In this document: in pieces, positions 45,957-60,370 of the stretch
How the letters are laid out: the number at the start of each line of letters is the position of its first letter
How positions within the stretch are numbered: position 1 is the first letter of the stretch
NCBI RefSeq assembly: GCF_017348835.2
Contig: NZ_CP071375.1
Strand: one strand, 5' to 3'
From: Escherichia coli
Lineage (GTDB): Bacteria > Pseudomonadota > Gammaproteobacteria > Enterobacterales > Enterobacteriaceae
Length of the DNA: 64,000 nucleotides
Program-made: the position numbers and the translations under genes
The notes under the pieces: model-generated
Told to the model about the DNA's origin: nothing
The model's input: only the letters and a program-made list of their open reading frames with translations
Database searches by the model: none

Positions 45957-48842
45957 TTAAAAGCTGAAGCGATATCCTCCGTTGACTTGCTTCTGATCAA
46001 AGAGGTTACCCTGCGTGTAATCCGCTTCGAGGTAGAATGTGTGCTGTTTGTTATACTGTGCACTGACTCCCACGCCGTTATTCCAGCCATTACCTTTGAA
46101 ACTGTACTTCTCCCGGGAGTTGTTCAACAGATATTCTGTATCCCCTGAAAACTCGCGGATAGCGCCAGTCTTCACATACATATTCAGCTGGCTGTTGCCT
46201 GCGGTGATGTCATATCCCAGTATCATACTGGCACGCCCCAGCAGCGATTCGTAGTGATTCAGATGTATATTGAGGCCATTACTCGCCTTCATAGCCATCT
46301 CATTCTGGTGGCTGTATGTGAGCTGGGTTTGCGGCTCTATATAGAACCCATAACCAGTAGGGGTCAGGTTGAATCTCTGCCCGGCTTCCAGGGAGATGCT
46401 CAATCCATTCGCAGTGCCGTTGGCGTTAACGCCGTTGTTCTGACTGTCCCGTACGTGGAAACTATTTTTCTGGCGCGATGCTTTTACAACGAGATCGCTG
46501 TAAAAACCGCTGTGTGCCATGTAACTGGCGTACATTCCCATATAGTCTGAACGTGCGGTACCGTCGCCTCCGCTATAGTCCGGCGATGCATGTGTTGAGC
46601 CAATATACAGACCGACATACAACGGCATTTCATCAGAGAGACGTTTATCCCCACCAAACTGGATACCGCTGTAACCCATGTCAAAGCCGCTCAGTTTGCC
46701 ACTGGCGAAGGAGTCCAGGCTTCCCCCATAACTGCGCAGCCAGATATTACCGTCTTTACTCTGATTTCGCAGGTCACCCATCCGTTGCATCAGCGTACGG
46801 TTTTCAACATAGTTCAATAAGTAACCAACATTGAGATAATTGCCGCCAGCATCTGCGGTCGTGGTGGGTTTAGGTGTGGGCGTGGGGGTAGGCGTAGGAT
46901 CGGGTTCAGGCGTAGGATCGGGGTTGACTATGGGAGGCTGAGCGGGAGCCGGCGTTGGTTCAGGATTTGGAGTCGGCTCCGGAATTGTCCCGGAAGCATA
47001 AAGCTCCCAGTTAGTGCCATTTTTACGCACATCGTACAGATATCCTCCCAACTCAACCTGAGAAGACGCGCTGAACGAGGCCGCGCCGTCAGTGGTTTTT
47101 ACCACTGTCAGAACTTCATTTCCCGTTGTGGCTTCGCTGCCCTGGTTACGGATAGCCAATACATGATTACCAGCACTACTCCCGCTGATATTCAATAAAT
47201 CCCCTTTATTATTAACGCCATTACCCTCGCCAACAACATCAGCACGCATAATAAAGGTACTGTTACCGCTCAGGTTCTCTACGTTTAATGTGGTAAATGT
47301 GCCGGCAGTTGATGCGTGGCTGGCAAAATCGACAGTTGAATGGCTCAGCGCCAGCGTGTCGAGATTAGAATTACTTGTTACGTTCCAGACGCTGTTATTC
47401 ATTGCAACGTCCAGTTTCCCGTCATTGACATTATCGCTAAGGGAGGAACCTGTCCAAGCCGACCCAGGGTGCATATCCAGATTGATTAGCCCACCTTTGG
47501 AGAGAACGCTACCGTTGATAAGCATACGACCCGAAGCGTTGATGCGGCTGGCGGCATAACCATCGTCATGTTGCGTTGCGATGGCCATCTGGTCGGGTGT
47601 ACTCATATCAATGACCAGATCGCTCGTGAGGTCGATCTGGCTGTTGGTCATGGCATAAATCCCCCTGGCTCCTGCCGCGCCGGTGATAGCCAAACTGTCT
47701 CCGGTTATTCTACCGCCGCTGAGCGCCCACAAACCCAGCGCCAGACTGCCATTACGATCAACCGTAATATCGGTATTTTGCATGTTGATAACAGCCGTTG
47801 CCGTCTGGGCCGAGGCACCATAAGAACCGCCGGAAAAGATGCTGTTTCGTTGCGCTGCCGTGCCAGAAAAATTGATTGTCGCGTCTGAACCACTGGCTAC
47901 GAGACCACCGCCCTGCGCGGAAGAAATATGGCTATCTGCACCGATAGTGGTTGTACCACCACGAACTTCGACGCCATTGGCCGCGGCTCCAGTTACATCA
48001 ACAGTGAGTGCATTCGCGCTAACCTGGCCAAAGCTCCAGAGGCCGTGTGCATTATCGCCACTGGTTTTAATGGAACTGTTTGTTCCGAGATCGACAACAG
48101 AGTTTTTCTGTACGTTTATCCCCATGGCGCTGTAACCCTGAACATCGATTGTCAGGTCTGTCGCCGTAAAACGCGCAGCACCATTGGCGTTATTGCCGTT
48201 GAGACCACCGATATAAACACCTGTACTTCCATCGGTCTTGATTTTACTTCCGCTTCCAAGATCGACACTGGTGCCATAGTCATTGATGGTTAGGCCTATA
48301 CCGTTCGAGTTTTCAATGGTGAATTGAGTGGCTGTTAGTGTTGAGCTATGCCCAATAATGATGCCGTCATCGTTACTCTTAATGGTGCTGCCTGTGCCTA
48401 AGTCAGCATGGGTATAGTCACCAATTAAATTAATGCCGATGGCAGAGGTTTGACCAACAACATCTACTGTGAGTCGGTTAGCTGTCAGGGAGCTGTTTTT
48501 GCCCTGAATAATGATTCCTTTTGCATATCCAGAGGCGTCGTTGACATTGACGGTGACATCATTACCCAGGTTGATATTGCCAGGCGTGTTTCCTGCTGGG
48601 GTCATTACACCATAGAGGTTTCCTGATGGATCGGCGGTATCTCCTGTAATTCTGTCACCATCATTAATAGTAATATTGGTGCCATATTGACTTCCTGTAT
48701 CAGCAGCTATCAGCAGGGGGGAAAAGATAATTGCATTCAAACCAATAGCGCCAAATTTTATCAGTTGAATTGAGGGCGAACGGATTTTTAATTCAGCGAG
48801 ACGATCGGCTTTGGTATTCCCATTGTGTTGTTTGATGCCCAT
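45957..48842 (-). CDS. ycgV: autotransporter adhesin YcgV
   Basis: 961-aa ORF with a Pro/Thr/Glu-rich linker (PEPTPNPEPTPAP...), a C-terminal beta-barrel ending ...GGYRFSF; synteny after dhaR. Confidence 0.85.
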   Translation of the reverse strand: MGIKQHNGNTKADRLAELKIRSPSIQLIKFGAIGLNAIIFSPLLIAADTGSQYGTNITINDGDRITGDTADPSGNLYGVMTPAGNTPGNINLGNDVTVNVNDASGYAKGIIIQGKNSSLTANRLTVDVVGQTSAIGINLIGDYTHADLGTGSTIKSNDDGIIIGHSSTLTATQFTIENSNGIGLTINDYGTSVDLGSGSKIKTDGSTGVYIGGLNGNNANGAARFTATDLTIDVQGYSAMGINVQKNSVVDLGTNSSIKTSGDNAHGLWSFGQVSANALTVDVTGAAANGVEVRGGTTTIGADSHISSAQGGGLVASGSDATINFSGTAAQRNSIFSGGSYGASAQTATAVINMQNTDITVDRNGSLALGLWALSGGRITGDSLAITGAAGARGIYAMTNSQIDLTSDLVIDMSTPDQMAIATQHDDGYAASRINASGRMLINGSVLSKGGLINLDMHPGSAWTGSSLSDNVNDGKLDVAMNNSVWNVTSNSNLDTLALSHSTVDFASHASTAGTFTTLNVENLSGNSTFIMRADVVGEGNGVNNKGDLLNISGSSAGNHVLAIRNQGSEATTGNEVLTVVKTTDGAASFSASSQVELGGYLYDVRKNGTNWELYASGTIPEPTPNPEPTPAPAQPPIVNPDPTPEPDPTPTPTPTPKPTTTADAGGNYLNVGYLLNYVENRTLMQRMGDLRNQSKDGNIWLRSYGGSLDSFASGKLSGFDMGYSGIQFGGDKRLSDEMPLYVGLYIGSTHASPDYSGGDGTARSDYMGMYASYMAHSGFYSDLVVKASRQKNSFHVRDSQNNGVNANGTANGLSISLEAGQRFNLTPTGYGFYIEPQTQLTYSHQNEMAMKASNGLNIHLNHYESLLGRASMILGYDITAGNSQLNMYVKTGAIREFSGDTEYLLNNSREKYSFKGNGWNNGVGVSAQYNKQHTFYLEADYTQGNLFDQKQVNGGYRFSF

Positions 48843-49012
48843 ACCACTCCTATATAGTACCCAGGCTATGGGTCTATGGATTTTGTCATTTTGTTTAAGT
48901 CAATGAATAATATCCTCTTATCATCATGATATTTGTATGGTGCAATCATGATGAGCTTTGAACCGCCCCGGAAATCCTGGAGACTAAACTCCCTGAGAAA
49001 GAGGTAAACAGG

Positions 49013-49339
49013 ATGACTAAAAATACTCGTTTTTCCCCCGAAGTCCGTCAGCGGGCGATTCGTATGGTTCTGGAAAGTCAGGATGAATATGACTCACAGT
49101 GGGCGGCAATTTGTTCCATTGCCCCAAAGATTGGCTGTACGCCGGAGACTCTGCGTGTCTGGGTTCGCCAGCATGAGCGGGATACCGGGAGTGGTGATGG
49201 TGGACTCACCACCGCTGAACGTCAGCGTCTGAAAGAGCTGGAACGTGAAAATCGTGAACTGCGCCGCAGTAACGATATCCTTCGCCAGGCTTCCGCTTAT
49301 TTTGCGAAGGCGGAGTTCGACCGCCTCTGGAAAAAATAA
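49013..49339 (+). CDS. IS629 OrfA
   Basis: 108-aa product identical to the copy 1 OrfA. Confidence 0.85.
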   Translation: MTKNTRFSPEVRQRAIRMVLESQDEYDSQWAAICSIAPKIGCTPETLRVWVRQHERDTGSGDGGLTTAERQRLKELERENRELRRSNDILRQASAYFAKAEFDRLWKK

Positions 49340-50226
49340 TGCCACTGCTGGATAAGCTGCGTGAGCAGTACGGGGTCGGACCGGTATGCAGCGAACTGCA
49401 TATTGCCCCGTCAACGTATTACCATTGTCAGCAACAGCGACATCATCCGGATAAACGCAGTGCCCGTGCGCAGCACGATGACTGGCTGAAGAAAGAGATA
49501 CAGCGCGTATACGATGAAAATCACCAGGTATACGGTGTGCGTAAAGTCTGGCGTCAGTTGTTACGGGAAGGTATCAGAGTGGCCAGATGCACTGTGGCAC
49601 GTCTCATGGCAGTTATGGGACTTGCCGGTGTTCTCCGGGGTAAAAAGGTCCGCACTACCGTCAGCCGGAAAGCCGTTGCCGCATGCGACCGCGTAAACCG
49701 TCAGTTCGTGGCAGAACGTCCAGACCAGTTGTGGGTGGCTGATTTTACCTGGGTAAGCACATGGCAGGGCTTCGTTTATGTGGCGTTCATCATTGATGTG
49801 TTCGCCGGATACATCGTGGGATGGCAGGTCTCATCATCCATGGAAACAACATTCGTGCTGGATGCACTGGAGCAGGCGTTGTGGGCCCGTCGGCCGTCCG
49901 GCACAATCCATCACAGTGATAAAGGTTCTCAGTATGTATCGCTGGCCTACACGCAGCGGCTTAAGGAAGCCGGATTACTGGCATCAACAGGGAGTACTGG
50001 CGACTCGTATGACAACGCGATGGCTGAGAGCATCAATGGTCTTTACAAAGCGGAGGTAATACACCGTAAGAGCTGGAAAAACCGTGCAGAAGTGGAACTG
50101 GCCACACTCACGTGGGTGGACTGGTATAACAATCGACGATTGCTGGAAAGGCTGGGCCATATTCCTCCGGCAGAAGCAGAAAAAGCTTATTATGCTTCCA
50201 TCGGAAATAATGATCTGGCAGCCTGA
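49339..50226 (+). CDS. IS629 OrfB (DDE transposase)
   Basis: 295 aa; one substitution relative to copy 1 (RAEV vs RTEV). Confidence 0.85.
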   Translation: MPLLDKLREQYGVGPVCSELHIAPSTYYHCQQQRHHPDKRSARAQHDDWLKKEIQRVYDENHQVYGVRKVWRQLLREGIRVARCTVARLMAVMGLAGVLRGKKVRTTVSRKAVAACDRVNRQFVAERPDQLWVADFTWVSTWQGFVYVAFIIDVFAGYIVGWQVSSSMETTFVLDALEQALWARRPSGTIHHSDKGSQYVSLAYTQRLKEAGLLASTGSTGDSYDNAMAESINGLYKAEVIHRKSWKNRAEVELATLTWVDWYNNRRLLERLGHIPPAEAEKAYYASIGNNDLAA

Positions 50227-50913
50227 GTTCACAGATAAAACACTCTCCAGGAAACCCGGGGCGGTTCACTTCTCTGAGAATAATTCTCTATTACCGGGCA
50301 AAATCAGGAACACAGGAATTAATATATATTTAACATCCCCCTTACAAAGGTGAGTTTATATCGAGTTATTCCCTAAGTTGTCGTTACTTATTCCAATTCG
50401 TTACTATGAATATGGCAAAAATATTACAACAAACAGCGGTTAAAAAATTTGGTGAAGATTTTTGTAATAATCCTAATTAGTTATGGGATTTTCGCTTGAT
50501 GTATCTGCATAACAAAAACAATATGCGCCATTTTTGCATTACTAATAAGAAAAAGCAAAAAACATCGATATTCATTTTTGGTCAATGGGTTTTCTGGCCT
50601 ATCGTTGTTATTGTGCTACTGGTTATCATTTTCATCTTGCCAGGATCGCACGTAATCACGTTATTCGGGGACTTTATCTGCGGGATATTACCCTTCAGGT
50701 AAGTCCTTTTCTCGCCAGCATATTGGAGCGTGATCAATATTGATCAGCTGTGAAGGGGGCTGATGTGTAGTGGAACAAAAACTGACGTTATATCACTGCT
50801 AATGAGATATCCGTCATCTGAACACTTATGTCTTTAATTATTTTGGTGGTCACTGTAGGCAATAAGCACAAAAGTGTAGGATGTTACAAGAATGATTAGG
50901 ACTCGGTGAAATG

Positions 50914-50944
50914 AAAAATCCACGCAATTGCGTGGATTTTATAT
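50914..50944. terminator. bidirectional rho-independent terminator downstream of ychF
   Basis: Perfect palindrome AAAATCCACGCAA/TTGCGTGGATTTT with T-runs on both strands. Confidence 0.65.
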
Positions 50945-50996
50945 ACTTTTGCGCTCTTCATGAGATTTAGCGAAACCTCATGAGACAATAAATTAA

Positions 50997-52088
50997 TTAG
51001 ACGTTGAAAAGGAAGTTCATCACATCGCCATCTTTCACGATGTAATCTTTACCTTCTGCACGCATTTTGCCTGCTTCTTTCGCGCCTTGTTCACCTTTGT
51101 AAGTGATGAAATCTTCAAACGAGATGGTTTGTGCACGGATAAAGCCTTTTTCAAAATCAGTATGGATTTTGCCCGCTGCCTGCGGCGCGGTTGCTCCAAC
51201 CGGAATGGTCCATGCACGCACTTCTTTCACCCCAGCGGTGAAGTAAGTTTGCAGGTTCAGCAGCTTATAACCGGCACGGATCACACGGTTCAGGCCCGGC
51301 TCTTCCAGCCCAAGCTCCTGCATAAACTCGTCACGTTCTTCGTCGTCCAGTTCGGCAATGTCTGCTTCAACAGCAGCACAAACCGGAACCACAACAGAAC
51401 CTTCTTTCGCCGCGATTTCACGCACCTGGTCAAGATATGGGTTGTTTTCAAAACCGTCTTCGTTGACGTTGGCGATGTACATTGTTGGTTTCAGCGTCAG
51501 GAAGCTCAGGTAACGAATAGCCGCTTTCTCTTCAGCGCTTAAATCCAGCGCGCGCAGCATACCTGCGTTTTCCAGCTGGGGCAGGCATTTTTCCAGGACC
51601 GCCAGCTCAGCTTTCGCGTCTTTATCGCCACCTTTGGCTTTCTTCTGTACGCGATGAATCGCACGTTCGCAGGTGTCGAGGTCTGCCAGCGCCAGTTCGG
51701 TGTTGATAACTTCAATATCGTCAGCCGGGTTAACTTTGCCGGAAACGTGAATGATGTTGTCATTTTCAAAGCAGCGAACAACGTGACCGATCGCTTCGGT
51801 TTCACGGATGTTAGTCAGGAACTGGTTACCCAGACCTTCGCCTTTCGATGCGCCTTTTACCAGACCGGCGATATCGACAAATTCCATGGTCGTGGGAAGC
51901 GTACGCTGCGGTTTTACGATTTCAGCCAGTTGATCCAGGCGAGGGTCAGGCATTGGTACGACGCCTGTGTTCGGCTCAATGGTGCAGAATGGAAAGTTGG
52001 CCGCTTCAATACCGGCTTTGGTCAGCGCGTTGAACAGGGTAGATTTCCCGACGTTGGGCAAACCGACGATACCGCATTTGAATCCCAT
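50997..52088 (-). CDS. ychF: ribosome-binding ATPase YchF (Obg family)
   Basis: 363-aa ORF with G1 motif GLPNVGKST. Confidence 0.95.
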
Positions 52089-52204
52089 GATTTAAATCAC
52101 CTTAATATCTTAATAATCAACCTGTTATTGCTAACAGATTGCAGAAATGGAAATAACTTTGCCTATTATACACGGCACTCGGCAAAAATGCCGCAGACAA
52201 CGAC

Positions 52205-52789
52205 TTATTGCGCTTTAAAGGCGTGCAATCGGTTCGTTGCTTTGGTCAAGCCATCTGTAAACCACATTTCAGTACAACGCGCCGCTTCGTCGATGGCTTC
52301 ATCAATTAACTTCTGTTCACTAACAGGCGGTTTGCCTAACACAAAACCGACAACTTTATTTTTATCGCCCGGATGACCGATTCCGATGCGTAAACGGTGA
52401 AAGTTAGGGTTATTACCCAATTTACTGATGATGTCTTTCAGTCCATTGTGACCACCATGGCCACCGCCCAACTTAAATTTGGCGACGCCAGGAGGCAGAT
52501 CCAGTTCGTCGTGGGCCACCAGAATTTCGTCCGGATTAATGCGGAAAAAACTGGCCATCGCCGCAACGGCTTTGCCGCTGAGATTCATAAATGTAGTCGG
52601 GACTAACAGGCGGACATCTTCGCCTCCAAGGGTGACTCGCGAAGTATAACCAAAGAATTTAGCCTCTTCGCGCAGCGGAGCGCGCAAACGCTCTGCCAGT
52701 AAGTCAACGAACCAGGCACCAGCATTATGTCGCGTTGCGGCGTATTCAGCACCGGGGTTCGCCAGGCCGACAATCAATTTAATCGTCAC
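52205..52789 (-). CDS. pth: peptidyl-tRNA hydrolase
   Basis: 194-aa [16 protein letters not shown]... Confidence 0.95.
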
Positions 52790-53066
52790 GTTTTTTTGTC
52801 CTGAGTGTGTACATAACTGGCGCGTAGTTTACTGGTTGCGGCCCCGCTTGACAAAAAACTGCGTATCAAATGCAGATAACGTAATAATTGCCTGAGTGGA
52901 CTATTAGAAAGTCAAGGTGTTCAGGCGTTTATTTGTAAAGTTTTGTTGAAATAAGGGTTGTAATTGTGATCACGCCCGCACATAACCCACAGGGTGTTGT
53001 CTATACTTTACACATAAGGAAGAGGGGTATTCCCTGTTACAACCCAGAAAGTTCCGGAGGTGACAT

Positions 53067-53345
53067 ATGAAACGCAAAAACGCTTCGTTACTCGGTAACG
53101 TGCTCATGGGGTTGGGTCTGGTGGTAATGGTGGTCGGCGTGGGGTATTCAATCCTCAACCAGTTACCACAGTTTAATATGCCCCAGTATTTCGCACATGG
53201 TGCAGTGCTAAGTATTTTCGTCGGTGCCATTCTCTGGCTGGCGGGTGCCCGTGTTGGCGGGCATGAACAGGTGTGCGACCGTTACTGGTGGGTTCGCCAC
53301 TATGACAAACGTTGCCGCCGTAGCGATAATCGCCGTCATAGCTAA
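53067..53345 (+). CDS. ychH: small inner-membrane protein YchH
   Basis: 92-aa ORF with two transmembrane segments; synteny. Confidence 0.8.
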   Translation: MKRKNASLLGNVLMGLGLVVMVVGVGYSILNQLPQFNMPQYFAHGAVLSIFVGAILWLAGARVGGHEQVCDRYWWVRHYDKRCRRSDNRRHS

Positions 53346-53399
53346 CAAATAATGCAGTTTGCTGACCAGTCAGTTTGCGCTGACTGGTCAATCTCGTAC

Positions 53400-55079
53400 T
53401 TATAAATCCGCCATCGCCGCGCGACGATTCGGGAAGAACGCGAGGCGTCCCGGGATCGGTTGAATGCCTGCGCGAGCCATAGTGCGCAGTGGCTGGAATT
53501 CCACGTTGCACACGCGCAGTTCACATCCTTCGGGCAGACGCTTCACAAAACGCTGGAACGCATCAAGACCACCAGCATCAAGTACCGGAACGGCATCCCA
53601 CTTCAGAATCACAATCCGTTTGCCTTCAAGACGTGACTCCAGGTCCGTGAACAAGCCTTCAGCGGCAGCAAAAAACAGCGGGCCAATAACGCGCAGAACC
53701 AGGACATCGTCTGGAACATCTACGACTACCGGTGCCAGGCGAGTCATACGTGCGATACGACGCATAAACAGCAGCGATGCCAGCACGATCCCCACGCTGA
53801 TGGCAATAACCATATCAAACAGCACGGTCAGCGACATGCACAGCAGCATGACGATGATGTCATCTTTCGGCGCATGACGCAGCAAGTCGACCACTTTATG
53901 CGCTTCACTCATGTTCCACGCCACCATCAACAGCAGGGCTGCCATAGCGGAAAGCGGCAGCCAGGAGAGCAGCGGTGCCAGTACCAGCAGGGCAAGAATA
54001 ACCAGAATAGAGTGGATCACCGCCGAGATAGGGGAAGTTGCCCCGGCACGGACGTTAGCGGCAGAACGCGCGATGGCAGCTGTAGCGGTAATACCACCAA
54101 AGAACGGAGCGATAATATTCCCCAGTCCCTGGCCAACCAGCTCGCTGTTCGCCTTGTGTTTCGTCCCGGTCATACCATCCAGCACCACGGCGCAGAGCAG
54201 AGATTCGATTGCGCCGAGCATTGCCATTGAGAATGCCGCAGGCAGCAGTGTGCGAATAGAATCCCAGGTTAGCGTGAATTCTGAATTAGGCAGATCCCAC
54301 GGCAGCACCAGTTGCGGCAGCAGTTGCGGAATACCGTTACCCTGAGAACCATCGGCCAGGACGTAGTGGAATTGCGAACCGATGGTAGCAACATGTCCGC
54401 CGAGCAGGTTAACAATCCCCATCACCGCGCAACCAGCCAGCAAGGCCGGAAGGTGACCGGGTAAACGAATGCCCAGACGCGGCCAGAAAACAAGAATACC
54501 TAGCGTCACAATGCCAATGGCAGCATCACCCACATTAATGGTCGGCAGCGCCATAAATAATGCGCCGACTTTTTGTAGATAATGTTCCGGGACATGGGCC
54601 ATTTGCAGACCGAGAAAATCTTTAATCTGCATGGTACCGATGGTGATCCCGATACCCGAGGTGAAACCTAAGGTGACGGAAACCGGAATATACTCAATCA
54701 GGCGACCAAAGCGTGCCAGACCCATCAGAATCAAAAAGATCCCCGACAGCAAGGTCGCAACCAGCAGTCCTGCCAGTCCAAACTGTTGCGACACGGGATA
54801 GAGAATTACCACAAATGCCGCAGTCGGACCGGAAACGCTAAAGCGTGATCCACCCGTCAGAGCAATGACAATCCCCGCAACAGCTGCAGTATATAAACCG
54901 TACTGGGGTGCCACACCACTACCAATAGCCAACGCCATCGCCAGCGGGATAGCAATAATCCCGACGGTTATCCCGGCAATCAGGTCACGGGTAAACCGTG
55001 CGGCAGTATATTTTTCTTTCCAGCAAGCGTCGATCAGAGCGCGGAAAGGCATCACATGTGAGGAAAATATTTTGTTCAC
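53400..55079 (-). CDS. dauA: C4-dicarboxylate transporter DauA (SulP family, STAS domain)
   Basis: 559-aa ORF; synteny. Confidence 0.9.
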
Positions 55080-55203
55080 AATAATGTTTCATCCGTGAGC
55101 GCATCATCTGTCAACTAAATGGCAGGTGAAGGAGGCATAGGTCATACAAATGGATATTACAGACAAAAAAACCCGCCGCAGCGGGTCTTTGAGCCGGGTT
55201 CGA

Positions 55204-56277
<1,074 letters not shown>

Positions 56278-56301
56278 TCACCGAAACTCAGCTTGCCCGG
56301 C

Positions 56302-57152
56302 TTAAAGCATGGCTCTGTGCAATGGGGAAAGATTAACGCCTTTCGCCACAAAGCCATTGAGCCATTCCGGGGCTTGCTCTAGCACCTGGCGGGCTTCAGA
56401 CTCTGTATCAAATTCAGCAAAGACACAGGCCCCTGTCCCAGTCAGGCGCGACGGGGCGTATTCTAACAGCCAGGAAAGCACCGCATCAACCTCGCGAAAA
56501 CGTTTTCTTGCGATAACCTCGCAATCATTGCTGAATTCACATTTTAGCAACGTTTCTATTGACCTTTTTGGCGTATTGCGCGGGAGTTCAGGATCTTTAA
56601 AAATCACCGGAGTCGGAATACTTACACCAGGGTGCGCCACCAGATACCACTTCTCTGGCGGAGCCACCGGCGTTAGTATTTCACCAACTCCTTCGGCAAA
56701 CGCGGCATGCCCCCGAACAAAGACAGGAACATCTGCGCCCAGCGTCAGCCCCATTTCCGCCAGCTCATCCATGCTTAGTCCGCATTGCCAGAGATGATTT
56801 AACGCCACCAGAACCGTCGCGGCATTGGATGAACCACCGCCGAGACCGCCGCCCATCGGCAAACGCTTGTCAATGCTGATATCCGCACCGCTTCCCGTCG
56901 GAAGACGCCCGCTGTCTGCCGCAGTTTTCATCAATAACCGCGCTGCGCGAACGATCAGGTTATCTTCATGTTCCACGCCTTCAACGGGCGTTAACAGACG
57001 AATATCCCCATCGTCACGAAGCTCAATGCTGATGGTGTCGCCGTAATCAAGAAACTGAAACAGCGTTTGCAGCGTGTGGTAACCATCCGCACGCTGACCG
57101 GTAATGTATAAAAACAGATTAAGTTTTGCCGGAGAGGGCCACTGTGTCCGCA

Positions 57153-57153
<1 letters not shown>
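56302..57153 (-). CDS. ispE: 4-diphosphocytidyl-2-C-methyl-D-erythritol kinase
   Basis: 283-aa GHMP kinase. Confidence 0.95.
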
Positions 57154-57845
<692 letters not shown>

Positions 57846-57989
57846 CTATGTTCAAGTTGTCTTAATTGCCAGAATCTAACGGCTTTCGGCAATTACTCCA
57901 AAAGGGGGCGCTCTCTTTTATTGATCTTACGCATCCTGTATGATGCAAGCAGACTAACCCTATCAACGTTGGTATTATTTCCCGCAGAC

Positions 57990-59246
57990 ATGACCCTTTT
58001 AGCACTCGGTATCAACCATAAAACGGCACCTGTATCGCTGCGAGAACGTGTATCGTTTTCGCCGGATAAGCTCGATCAGGCGCTTGACAGCCTGCTTGCG
58101 CAGCCGATGGTGCAGGGCGGCGTGGTGCTGTCGACGTGCAACCGCACGGAACTTTATCTTAGCGTTGAAGAGCAGGATAACCTGCAAGAGGCGTTAATCC
58201 GCTGGCTTTGCGATTATCACAATCTTAATGAAGAAGATCTGCGTAAAAGCCTCTACTGGCATCAGGATAACGACGCGGTTAGCCATTTAATGCGTGTTGC
58301 CAGCGGCCTGGATTCACTGGTTCTTGGGGAGCCGCAGATCCTCGGTCAGGTTAAAAAAGCGTTTGCCGATTCGCAAAAAGGCCATATGAAGGCCAGCGAA
58401 CTGGAACGCATGTTCCAGAAATCTTTCTCTGTAGCGAAACGCGTTCGCACTGAAACAGATATCGGTGCCAGCGCTGTGTCTGTCGCTTTTGCGGCTTGTA
58501 CGCTGGCGCGGCAGATCTTTGAATCGCTCTCTACGGTCACAGTGTTGCTGGTAGGCGCGGGCGAAACCATCGAGCTGGTAGCGCGTCATCTGCGCGAACA
58601 TAAAGTACAGAAGATGATTATCGCCAACCGCACTCGCGAACGTGCCCAAATTCTGGCAGATGAAGTCGGCGCGGAAGTGATTGCCCTGAGTGATATCGAC
58701 GAACGTCTGCGCGAAGCCGATATCATCATCAGTTCCACCGCCAGCCCGTTACCGATTATCGGGAAAGGCATGGTGGAGCGCGCATTAAAAAGCCGTCGCA
58801 ACCAACCAATGCTGTTGGTGGATATTGCCGTTCCGCGCGATGTTGAGCCGGAAGTTGGCAAACTGGCGAATGCTTATCTTTATAGCGTTGATGATCTGCA
58901 AAGCATCATTTCGCACAACCTGGCGCAGCGTAAAGCCGCAGCGGTTGAGGCGGAAACTATTGTCGCTCAGGAAACCAGCGAATTTATGGCGTGGCTGCGT
59001 GCACAAAGCGCCAGCGAAACCATTCGCGAGTATCGCAGCCAGGCAGAGCAAGTTCGCGATGAGTTAACCGCCAAAGCGTTAGCGGCCCTTGAGCAGGGCG
59101 GCGACGCACAAGCCATTATGCAGGATCTGGCATGGAAACTGACTAACCGCTTGATCCATGCGCCAACGAAATCACTTCAACAGGCCGCCCGTGACGGGGA
59201 TAACGAACGCCTGAATATTCTGCGCGACAGCCTCGGGCTGGAGTAG
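57990..59246 (+). CDS. hemA: glutamyl-tRNA reductase
   Basis: ORF 57792..59246 trimmed to [15 protein letters not shown]..., giving 418 aa. Confidence 0.95.
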
Positions 59247-59287
59247 CAGTACATCATTTTCTTTTTTTACAGGGTGCATTTACGCCT

Positions 59288-60370
59288 ATGAAGCCTTCTA
59301 TCGTTGCCAAACTGGAAGCCCTGCATGAACGCCATGAAGAAGTTCAGGCGTTGCTGGGTGACGCGCAAACTATCGCCGACCAGGAACGTTTTCGCGCATT
59401 ATCACGCGAATATGCGCAGTTAAGTGATGTTTCGCGCTGTTTTACCGACTGGCAACAGGTTCAGGAAGATATCGAAACCGCACAGATGATGCTCGATGAT
59501 CCTGAAATGCGTGAGATGGCGCAGGATGAACTGCGCGAAGCTAAAGAAAAAAGCGAGCAACTGGAACAGCAATTACAGGTTCTGTTACTGCCAAAAGATC
59601 CTGATGACGAACGTAACGCCTTCCTCGAAGTCCGAGCCGGAACCGGCGGCGACGAAGCGGCGCTGTTCGCGGGCGATCTGTTCCGTATGTATAGCCGTTA
59701 CGCCGAAGCCCGCCGCTGGCGGGTAGAAATCATGAGCGCTAGCGAGGGTGAACATGGTGGTTATAAAGAGATCATCGCCAAAATTAGCGGTGATGGTGTG
59801 TATGGTCGTCTGAAATTTGAATCCGGCGGTCATCGCGTGCAACGTGTTCCTGCTACGGAATCGCAGGGTCGTATTCATACTTCTGCTTGTACCGTTGCGG
59901 TAATGCCAGAACTGCCTGACGCAGAACTGCCGGACATCAACCCAGCAGATTTACGCATTGATACTTTCCGCTCGTCAGGGGCGGGTGGTCAGCACGTTAA
60001 CACCACCGATTCGGCAATTCGTATTACTCACGTGCCGACCGGGATTGTTGTTGAATGTCAGGACGAACGTTCACAACATAAAAACAAAGCTAAAGCACTT
60101 TCTGTTCTCGGTGCTCGCATCCACGCTGCTGAAATGGCAAAACGCCAACAGGCCGAAGCGTCTACCCGTCGTAACCTGCTGGGGAGTGGCGATCGCAGCG
60201 ACCGTAACCGTACTTACAATTTCCCGCAGGGGCGCGTTACCGATCACCGCATCAACCTGACGCTCTACCGCCTGGATGAAGTGATGGAAGGTAAGCTGGA
60301 TATGCTGATTGAACCGATTATCCAGGAACATCAGGCCGACCAACTGGCGGCGTTGTCCGAGCAGGAATAA
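59288..60370 (+). CDS. prfA: peptide chain release factor 1
   Basis: 360-aa ORF with GGQ motif (SGAGGQHVN). Confidence 0.95.
   Translation: MKPSIVAKLEALHERHEEVQALLGDAQTIADQERFRALSREYAQLSDVSRCFTDWQQVQEDIETAQMMLDDPEMREMAQDELREAKEKSEQLEQQLQVLLLPKDPDDERNAFLEVRAGTGGDEAALFAGDLFRMYSRYAEARRWRVEIMSASEGEHGGYKEIIAKISGDGVYGRLKFESGGHRVQRVPATESQGRIHTSACTVAVMPELPDAELPDINPADLRIDTFRSSGAGGQHVNTTDSAIRITHVPTGIVVECQDERSQHKNKAKALSVLGARIHAAEMAKRQQAEASTRRNLLGSGDRSDRNRTYNFPQGRVTDHRINLTLYRLDEVMEGKLDMLIEPIIQEHQADQLAALSEQE

Larger units (their letters stand above)
48959..50268 (+). mobile_element. IS629-like IS3-family insertion sequence (1310 bp), copy 2, with 3-bp target duplication CTT
   Basis: Same terminal inverted repeats as copy 1; CTT at 48956..48958 and 50269..50271; differs from copy 1 by a few substitutions. 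Confidence 0.85.
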
